Part shown: one piece after another, positions 39,078 through 47,500 of the stretch
Layout: every line of letters starts with the position of its first letter
Numbering within the stretch: position 1 is the first letter of the stretch
The notes under the pieces: model-generated
Told to the model about the DNA's origin: nothing
What the model saw: the letters and a program-made list of their open reading frames with translations, nothing else
Database searches by the model: none
Made by a program: the position numbers and the translations under genes
IMG/VR virus record: IMGVR_UViG_3300021356_000020
Span: 1 to 56,698 of that record
DNA: 56,698 nt
Direction: 5' to 3' (one strand)
From: a virus
Lineage: Duplodnaviria; Caudoviricetes

Positions 39078-39242
39078 GCTTGTGCAGCTTGGCGGAACGT
39101 ATCGCGCTGTAGATAACGTAAAAGCTGTAAGTTCCTAAATCAGCGGACTGGCCGCCCTAAGCGGCCTTTAACCATCCTTTTACAGCTTGGGTAAACGTAA
39201 CAAGCCGTAGTTATCGTAAAAGCTGTAACACCTTAAATCGGC
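39072..39242 (+). ncRNA. array C: two structured RNA units (39072-39144, 39170-39242) plus a CCTAA-loop hairpin at 39150-39166
   Basis: Same motif; the first unit overlaps the stop codon of the RuvC gene. Confidence 0.8.
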
Positions 39243-39269
39243 TAGGGGGCATTACGCCCCCTATTTTTT
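39243..39269 (+). terminator. rho-independent terminator at the strand convergence point
   Basis: TAGGGGGC-ATTAC-GCCCCCTA followed by TTTTTT. Confidence 0.88.
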
Positions 39270-39447
39270 AGAATAGAAATCTATCCCACCAGCCCTGAGA
39301 AGCTCCGAGGAAATAAACCCCGACCAAAATGCCACCCAAGAAAGCTGCTTTTCTGACTAATCTATTGCGTCTAATGAATCCGTGACATCTACATGTGCAT
39401 CTGTCTGTGCAAAGTTCGTCACATTTACATTTTCTAAAAAGTGGCAT
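39268..39447 (-). CDS. 59-aa Cys-rich small membrane protein (absent from the ORF track)
   Basis: Manual translation MPLFRKCKCDELCTDRCTCRCHGFIRRNRLVRKAAFLGGILVGVYFLGASQGWWDRFLF; AAGGAG RBS. Confidence 0.7.
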   Translation of the reverse strand: MPLFRKCKCDELCTDRCTCRCHGFIRRNRLVRKAAFLGGILVGVYFLGASQGWWDRFLF

Positions 39448-39456
39448 GATTGCTCC

Positions 39457-40242
39457 TTATAGGTACTCTAGAGTGAAGTATAGTCCGTAATCTATTTTGC
39501 TTCCGATGGATTGAGGGCTAGCAGAAAGAGCTAGATACCAGTCGTGTTGCTTTGCTCTGTGAGTAGTTCCCTCTTTGGTGGTGAAATTATAATGGCTACC
39601 ATACTGGCTTACTTCTCCAACAAGCTCTTCCGAAGATGTATTAACACCACTGATTCCGGGACTCGAAGTAAGGTTCATGTCTGGTGGTGGGTCTCCAGCG
39701 GCTGGGTCAAAAGTAAACCAAGCGTGGTCAGCCAAAGCTGCATCTACAGGAGATTCTGGGTCAATATTGCTAGCTCTATGAGCCAATGCGATATTTTGAG
39801 TAGTAGTATTTCCGGGAGTCGGATGAGGATGTCTCACTTCGTAGACTTTGGTTTCAACACCAACAGCATGTACGTCAATATCATCTCTGTTAAAAATTCT
39901 TAATTTGCAGTTCTGAGTGGCAACGTCCTCAGTGTGCGTAAATCTAATATTCAGTGGCGCCCAATAGTTAGGAACCTCATCTAGATCGTATGAAGTTGAG
40001 CCATTATTGTGGGTCATGGTAGTTGCTGAACCATATTTTGTGTTCGATAGCTTGTAGCCATCTGAACTTGTTCCATCCCCATTAGTGACCCAAGTACTAT
40101 TTTGCCACTGATCAACGGGAACGGATAAACCAAAGCTATCGCCAAAAAAGCCTAGCCCAGATCCGTCATTGTGTGTTATTAGGTCTGCCTCGCCTACACC
40201 GGCGGCATCAAAACCGTTAGCATGAAAAGTAATTGTTGCCAT
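39457..40242 (-). CDS. hypothetical protein, probably virion-associated
   Basis: AAGGAG RBS; Gly/Thr/Ser-rich; part of the minus-strand block. Confidence 0.7.
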   Translation of the reverse strand: MATITFHANGFDAAGVGEADLITHNDGSGLGFFGDSFGLSVPVDQWQNSTWVTNGDGTSSDGYKLSNTKYGSATTMTHNNGSTSYDLDEVPNYWAPLNIRFTHTEDVATQNCKLRIFNRDDIDVHAVGVETKVYEVRHPHPTPGNTTTQNIALAHRASNIDPESPVDAALADHAWFTFDPAAGDPPPDMNLTSSPGISGVNTSSEELVGEVSQYGSHYNFTTKEGTTHRAKQHDWYLALSASPQSIGSKIDYGLYFTLEYL

Positions 40243-40274
40243 TTTTAAATTCTCCTTTAAGAGTTTTTCATATT

Positions 40275-40283
40275 ATTATACAC
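40275..40283 (-). promoter_or_regulatory. possible -10-only (late-type) promoter
   Basis: GTGTATAAT on the minus strand in the intergenic gap; no convincing -35. Confidence 0.3.
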
Positions 40284-40304
40284 GAAAAAGTTGTTTTTTT
40301 AATA

Positions 40305-43300
40305 TTATCTACCACCGAATCCTCCACCAAGAGCAGAGTCGAACATTTCAAAACCGTTCATGAACCCTTGGAAGAACAAAGAATCTTCAAATTGATCAAT
40401 TTGATTTTGAGCATCAGCAAATATCTGTGAAGAAACTCCATCTGCGCCTTGATCTACAGCCGCTCCACCGCCACCGCCTAGATTTGTATTAATCTGCAAT
40501 TCTACCATTTGTTCAGTTGCCGCTGGAACATTAGTAGCACCTATTGCAACATGAGAAATATCATTTTGATAACGGAAAAATAGGTCATAGCTATTTCTTA
40601 CGTCAGGCTCTACAATATTGAAACTAAAAGCCTCATCCCCATTCATATTTACTGGTAGCTGAGGAGTAGAAAGTTTAATTATTTTCATATCTAGAGCTTC
40701 TTTTGGCTTACTATCTTCTAAAACCGTATCATCACCTATCGTACCCCTGATTACGTAAGCTGTAAATCCAGTACCTTTTGCCTCCGCTTCCGGGTCATCT
40801 GTATGTGGCTGTAAAGTTAAAGCGCTAAAAGTGGGAGCAGTTTCTTGACCTTCAGGCCAAACTATAGTTTCCTGAATCAAATTCGGACCAGTATCGTCAT
40901 AAGCCTTTAAGAAGTCAGAAACGCTATATCCAAATCCGTGATCTTTTTGTGATTTCATCGCCAAGTCTGTAACTTGACCAGAAGAACCTACAGCGGTTAT
41001 TTCTAAAACCGTTCCACCTCCAGTGCCTCCCTGTACCGTAAACTGTTCACCAACTGAGTATCCAGTCCCAATATCTGTAACAACGATGTCTGGAGCATTG
41101 ACAGAGCCAATATTTATAGTTTCTCCGGGCAGCATGTAATGAACATTAATATTATTATTTTGACCAATTTGTATAGTACTAAATCCATAAGAGAAAGGTA
41201 ATAATTGACCTCTTCTTATAGTATTAATATTCCAGTGTTCTCGCTGTCTCAGCCTTGCGCCATATTTCTCAGAATCTCCGTAAATCCTAGTGCCATTCAA
41301 CTGCCTTCCAGAAATCTGATCTACAGTTGTCGGAATTCTAAAATCTACACCGTATTCTGGCCTCTGCACAAAGAACCAGCCGGTTTGAGAGTACTCAAAT
41401 GGCATCTGTACTACAGCTGAAATCTCGTCAGCCGTTGAATCTACATACGGTTCACCCTCTAAAGCAACGCCGCTAGACATTGTGTAAATATCATCTACCA
41501 CTAATTCACTACCACCATGAAATCTAGTTTTAAATCCATTTCCCTCGTTAAAATGATGAACTACAAGGAATCTAGGATCAAACAATGTCTGTTCTCTAGG
41601 CCATTTTTGATAGCATCTCATGTACAAAGAGGTTGTATGAGGTTCTTTATAGGATTGAGACTTGGCTAGATCCATAGATCTAATCAATTCTTGTTGAACA
41701 AGCTCATTCCAGTAAGGGAGATGTCTATTTGTAACATTGAATTGAATTGTGTCTTTAGCTCTGAAACTCGCCACAGCGCCAATAATACCAATGCCGCCAG
41801 CAGCTTGCGGCTCACCAGCAATATCGGGATGATACCAGCTTGCATTATCTCCAGCGCCCCAGCTCCACCATAAGTATGGATACCCCTGAGCGGTGCCATC
41901 TTTTATCTCGTCTAAAAACTGTTTTGGAATGTCTTTAGCATATTTAAGGCCATATTTACCAATCAAAGAGCCATTTTCTGGTTTGTCGCTTTCCGATGGC
42001 CCATAAAGATGACCTTGATCTGGAGAAGCATTTCTGAATGTAGCCCAAGCAGACACGGGGGTATAAAAACCTTTAACGGTTTCAAATAATCTTTTTTGTT
42101 CAGAATTAGGATAGTTTGCACTACGAGTTTGATCTATCTTTGCGTATTCTCTGTCATAATTCACAATTTTTACAGGGTTTTTCTCTTGATACGCATCTGG
42201 AGTAGCGCTAGTTAAATGCGAATAAAGCTCTCTGGACAAAGGTCTGAACTGCAAAACATTCCATCGGTTTGGCTCTAAGTCCCAAGCAGAATCCGCTACA
42301 CCGCTAGTGACATATTGATCAGCAGCATGAGCGGGTTTATCATAAGCCCAAGAAAATCTTCTTTGATGTCTGAAGAAACCGGTTGCAAAAATATTTTCCA
42401 TTTTGGTGTCTAAAGTCGCAAGAGAATCGGTTATCCACTTTGGATCAAATATAGATATAGAGGATATAGGCGATCCCCATTTGCCACTTGGAGAAGCGTT
42501 TGTGGCTATATCAGCAGGAAGATGATTCAAAAGAGAGCTTCCTATAGAACCGTCCGAAGACTCATTCTGCTTAAACATGCCCAAGTTTTGATGACCGTCA
42601 AATTCTCCATTAAGAACACCCGTCACGTCGTTGGTATTATCTAAAATATGAGCATAATTAGCTGGTGTCATAAACGGAAACTGATCAGATGTTGAACTTT
42701 GTTTGTCTTCAAAATCATAAGCAACGGAGATAAACGATTTTTGATATCTCAATTCTCCCGATATGTCTTTCGACCTAGCTTCAATAACCTTGTCGATCAA
42801 ATCAGCTGTTTTGTACCCATCTGGAAATACACAGCCAAAGAAAGGATAAGTATTTCTAGTTTCAGTCTCGTAATTATTATCTTCAACGTCAAATGAATAT
42901 ACAGTATTTGATAGAGCGTTTCCATTATACCCTTCAGAATAAGGGCGGTAAGACATTTCAGACTCTCCGTCTATATACTTATTAGGTAAGTATGTTGTTC
43001 TCAAACCTCCCATATTACCTGCCATAAAATCCCAAGAAGTAACTTGGTAGTATTCATTATGTACTTGAGACTTTTCTATAAACGAAGAATCGTACCTGTT
43101 TTTATTATCTGGATGTATATTTGTTCTATCGTAATATTCTGCGTAAAAACCCTTTTCTATATCGTCAATATCTATATCTTCACCAGCTTTGTTCTTAAAC
43201 AAAAACTGAACATTTGTCATAAGATAAGTAAAGTTCCACTGCGGATCTATAGGCGTTAAAACCTCTTCTGTTGGCTGACCGGCACCAGCGATAACAAACC

Positions 43301-44519
43301 AAACACCTTCTATTCTATTTAAAATAACATATTGACCTCTGGCGTAACCAACGTTGCCTAGATTAGCTACCTTTATCTGAGACTTAGCGTAATTATTTGG
43401 CTCTCTGTGATGCTCGTAAAGATCGTAGTTTGGCGCCCACTGGAGCGGATTTCCATGTTGCATATGCAAAGGAATAGCAGAACCTCTGACTATTTCTTGT
43501 CCGTATTCAGGATCTAGTATTTCTTCTACACTTCTTTCTTCTAAAAAAGAAATATCAAGAGATTCAGCAGCAGGGAGATTTGTAGACAAAACTGCAACCA
43601 TCTGAGGGCTGCCAGATTCCCATTTACCAAGAAATTCTGTGTACTGCAAGTCTACTTCGCCAGCAACTTCATTGTGCGGATCTTGCGGATTAGTGATATT
43701 GTAGAAAGTTCCCGAATTACGCAATACAAATGGACCCGTATCGTAGAAAGATTTTTGTCCAACGTAATTAAGGTTTTTCAGAGTTACTCTTCTTTCAGAC
43801 TCTTTTTGGTCAGCAGGAGAAAAGAAATACATATCAAACTGAACGTATTCAGATTTCTCACCGCTTGAAACCAGCGTGTTCACCCCGCTTGTTGCATCTA
43901 TGCCTATGTTAGCAAAATTAATTTCTCCACTCCAGCTAATATGCCCATCTTTACTAGACATAATGTCGCTGAAAAATTCATTTCTAACTTTATCAGTTTT
44001 TGTAAGCGATTCGCTGCCAGCTATTTTACTATTTAAATCGTTATTCATGGCAATAAGTCTTCCTAAGAAGCTATCACCGTATAGTTCAGTATCTACAAAT
44101 TCATCAATATTTAGATCTGAGGATTTATAGGTCGTTATACCTTTATCAACCTCTGAGTAATTATCTTTAAATTCCCAACTAAAGAATTTTCTGATTGTTT
44201 CATAGTATCCGCTCTTGGCCTTGTTTCTCCAAGGATATACATTTAAATCTCTATCCTCATTGGTGCGCATTATTCTATTGAACGATTTCTCAGCAAGATA
44301 TTCTTTATTTTTAATTTCTCCGTCCGACCCAGAAGGTTGCGGACCATGCATAATTAGAATATTCTCCGATTGATTACACCACTCAAGAAGCCCGCTGGCT
44401 GTAAAGTTAGAAAGCCCCAACTTTTCCATAGTTTTATTTTTTGTAACTATGGTATGATATTCTACATTCTTATCATTTAAAGAGTGTCCTTGAAATAAAG
44501 TAGCTGTATTGTAAGCCAT
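40305..44519 (-). CDS. large putative virion/tail protein (1404 aa)
   Basis: GAGG RBS; GTGYSVG..GGTGGG..ITAV beta-repeat segment typical of tail/baseplate proteins. Confidence 0.65.
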   Translation of the reverse strand: MAYNTATLFQGHSLNDKNVEYHTIVTKNKTMEKLGLSNFTASGLLEWCNQSENILIMHGPQPSGSDGEIKNKEYLAEKSFNRIMRTNEDRDLNVYPWRNKAKSGYYETIRKFFSWEFKDNYSEVDKGITTYKSSDLNIDEFVDTELYGDSFLGRLIAMNNDLNSKIAGSESLTKTDKVRNEFFSDIMSSKDGHISWSGEINFANIGIDATSGVNTLVSSGEKSEYVQFDMYFFSPADQKESERRVTLKNLNYVGQKSFYDTGPFVLRNSGTFYNITNPQDPHNEVAGEVDLQYTEFLGKWESGSPQMVAVLSTNLPAAESLDISFLEERSVEEILDPEYGQEIVRGSAIPLHMQHGNPLQWAPNYDLYEHHREPNNYAKSQIKVANLGNVGYARGQYVILNRIEGVWFVIAGAGQPTEEVLTPIDPQWNFTYLMTNVQFLFKNKAGEDIDIDDIEKGFYAEYYDRTNIHPDNKNRYDSSFIEKSQVHNEYYQVTSWDFMAGNMGGLRTTYLPNKYIDGESEMSYRPYSEGYNGNALSNTVYSFDVEDNNYETETRNTYPFFGCVFPDGYKTADLIDKVIEARSKDISGELRYQKSFISVAYDFEDKQSSTSDQFPFMTPANYAHILDNTNDVTGVLNGEFDGHQNLGMFKQNESSDGSIGSSLLNHLPADIATNASPSGKWGSPISSISIFDPKWITDSLATLDTKMENIFATGFFRHQRRFSWAYDKPAHAADQYVTSGVADSAWDLEPNRWNVLQFRPLSRELYSHLTSATPDAYQEKNPVKIVNYDREYAKIDQTRSANYPNSEQKRLFETVKGFYTPVSAWATFRNASPDQGHLYGPSESDKPENGSLIGKYGLKYAKDIPKQFLDEIKDGTAQGYPYLWWSWGAGDNASWYHPDIAGEPQAAGGIGIIGAVASFRAKDTIQFNVTNRHLPYWNELVQQELIRSMDLAKSQSYKEPHTTSLYMRCYQKWPREQTLFDPRFLVVHHFNEGNGFKTRFHGGSELVVDDIYTMSSGVALEGEPYVDSTADEISAVVQMPFEYSQTGWFFVQRPEYGVDFRIPTTVDQISGRQLNGTRIYGDSEKYGARLRQREHWNINTIRRGQLLPFSYGFSTIQIGQNNNINVHYMLPGETINIGSVNAPDIVVTDIGTGYSVGEQFTVQGGTGGGTVLEITAVGSSGQVTDLAMKSQKDHGFGYSVSDFLKAYDDTGPNLIQETIVWPEGQETAPTFSALTLQPHTDDPEAEAKGTGFTAYVIRGTIGDDTVLEDSKPKEALDMKIIKLSTPQLPVNMNGDEAFSFNIVEPDVRNSYDLFFRYQNDISHVAIGATNVPAATEQMVELQINTNLGGGGGAAVDQGADGVSSQIFADAQNQIDQFEDSLFFQGFMNGFEMFDSALGGGFGGR

Positions 44520-44528
44520 ATTTTCCTC

Positions 44529-47500
44529 CTAAAACCTCGTTCTTTTTTGTATAGCTGATTTTGGATTGTAGTCAACGTTTGGCATGAATGGGTTGTAAAC
44601 CGAATTATCAAACCCTATAAATATATTATTTAAACTATCCCCAGCCGTTCTCTGTCTTTTTAGATTCAAGTCATTAAAGCTATCAACGTTATCTTCTGCT
44701 TGTTCCAAGTACCCTTCGTGCTGAAGAGATACAGCAGAATAGTATTCTCTTTTCTCTTTAAGTGCGGCACCGCCCGTTTCCACTCCCGACTCTAAAACTT
44801 CAAAATCTTGCTCATCCGCACTAAACACTAAATTAGTATACACGGTATTTTTAGATTCAAGGCTATTTGCCTTTTGCGCCATAAAATTATCAAAATTATC
44901 TTGCAGTTTTTGGGCAGCGTCTCCAGCGCTAAAGTTTTCGGCGTAGTTCCTAGACTTTGCAATGCCCTTTCTCATCAAAGCATTTCTTTCATCAACTTGC
45001 TTTTGTCTATCTCTAGTTAATTTACTAAACGCTTCTTCTTGACTTTTTCTTAACTTTCCAAAACTGTTAGCATAAAGATCCATAGATATAGTTGTTTTTA
45101 TAGAATCAGAAATTGATACAGCAATAGATGTAACGAGTGGACCTGAACTTAATAAAGCTTGACCTATGTTTAAACCGAGTGGCGCATCTGGAATCGTAAA
45201 GCTGCCGCCCTCTGCGAATAGCAACAAGCTATTAGAAAAATTAGCCTTGAATAAAGCCGCAGTGTTAAGTTCTTCATATCCGCCGTAATTCCAAGGTGCC
45301 AAACCTTCGTCTTTAATAAATTCTACTTTACCGCCAATGTTTGGGAATCCTCCCGTAAACCCAGTGTCGCTATCGCCACTAATTGATCCAGCAGATATCC
45401 AAGGTCCGTATGTTCTTTCCATAGACATCATAGGTAGAACAACCAAATCTGGATAAACCGGAGACGGCGCTTGACTAGCCATCTTCATTTCTGGGTTAGC
45501 TAGACCAAATGCATTTTGCGGTTTTTCTCCAACTCTTAATTTAATTTTATTAACTTCGCTTATGAACGTAGCTGGAGGAGGAGACATCAATGAAGGTACG
45601 TATTTAACAGTGTCTTTATGTAAAAAGCTAGCTGTGAAAATAGGAGAATTTTGACCCTTTGCATTTTCAAGATAAAAAGCGTCTACGTTTGTAGATATAG
45701 CACCCGGAAGAGTAATCAAAGCGTAAACATGATCAGATCCTAAATATTTGTCTTCTGTTAAGATATTATTAGGAGCATCTCCAAAAGTATAACCAACTTT
45801 CGGTAATGGGTTTCCAAGTTTGTCGTAGAAGTCATATCTTTTAAAGTCATACATAGACTTTAATTTTTTGCCCTTATAACCACCCTGCTTATCTCTCCAA
45901 TTCTGAATATCACTTTTGCGAGCTGGTTTAAATAAATCTGGATTATATTCCGCTGGAGCTTTAGAGAAATCATAAAACTGTCTACATCCGGGATGAAATA
46001 CGTTAAGTATAGGAGCTTTAAGTTCAACCTTCATTTCTTGCTCTTGCTTCATATCGAAACCATTGAAATTTTCAGGCCAAATATAATCTTCTCCAAACAC
46101 TTTAATGCCAGCGTTATTTAAGCCCTTTTCTACAACAATCTGAGGAGGCATATATAGTTTTTCTTCAACTTCACATTTGATAAATGCAACAGCCGGTTTC
46201 TTGTCTTTTTGAATCTGAGCAGCTTGATCAGGAGGATATAAGTTTAAGAGGTCATATTCTCCAAGATTGTCTGTTTCGTTAATAAAGTCAGGAACTCTCC
46301 CTTTAGGGGTTTGAATTTCCTGTATAATGTCTTCAGATGGAATTTTCTCAAAGTTGTAAAACTGACTATTATCAACTCTAACAAAAGGAGATATTCTGCC
46401 GCCTGTAACAAACTTCGATGGTTCTTTTGGACATAATCCTAAGTCCGTGTAAGAAGAACTAGAGACATGTAGATCCCAGTCAAAGAAGCCGCCTTGAGGT
46501 TCTGGTTTATAATTATATTCCCAGAAATTGTCGAACAAGTTGTAGCTACATCTTAATGCGCCGTCTCTATATCTAAATTTCATCAATTCTTTTGGCGAAA
46601 TCTCATCAAGATAATGATGATATATTTCAGTGTCCATTTCGTGAATATCTGGAACCTGTCCGCCGTAATCTTTTAGGAATTTAAACCAACTAGCGCCAGT
46701 TTTTACTGGAGAAAAACCAAAAGGTCCAGAATCTACATAAGACCCATTACCAGCAACCAGCCCCTTTGGACTAATGAACATCTTGTAATTTAGATTAGAT
46801 TTCTTTGGTATTTTTACCAAGAATCTCTTGCCTAAGTTGTCTGCCGCTTTTTTAAGAAAATTGTAAACCTTTTGAGCATTTTTCATAGCCGCAAGTGACT
46901 TAACTTTAGCCTCAGTAAATGACGTAACATTTCTACTGCGCCAATCGTCGATAGCATTTACCTGCGCTCTTTTGGGGTCGGACTGACTATTTTTAAGATC
47001 AGTTATAATAGCCCCTACATTTATGATCTCTTTTCTGATTGCCTCTTTTATGGTTCTAGGTTTATCGGAAAAGCCGGAATCAGAATTAACCATATCACTA
47101 AGATTCTCGCCACCTCCAGATAGACCGTACTTTCTTCTTATGTCTGCTAATAATTTTTTCTTTAGCTTATCATAATCTCCACCAAAATTTTCTTCTAGGT
47201 CTTTTCTATATACGGTCAATGGGTCATTATCTACTTCTGCTTTTAACTTGTTTCTTCTAGAAGCCAAACTTTGAAAAGTTTTAGCAATGTCTACATATCC
47301 ACCACCTTCAACACCAAGCGCTTGTAGTCTTTTGTAGTATAGTGGATACCCGTAAGGAGGAGAGCATGGAGATGCCGGTAAGCCTTCGTCATTCATGTAA
47401 GGTTTATCAGAATTGAAAACACATCTTGGCACAATAACAGAAACTCTAGGATTGTCTCCAACCTGCTTCTCGAAAGAATACTGATCAGAAGACTGAAAAA

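Noticed and set aside
20850-39242. The repeats as a CRISPR array for the Cas12-like gene
   Set aside because: No invariant repeat alternating with unique 25-45-nt spacers; variation is mostly compensatory within stems.
37395-39269. Active IS200/IS605 or IS607 element
   Set aside because: No Y1 or serine transposase nearby, RuvC motifs are substituted, and the flanking motif recurs 16 kb away without the gene.
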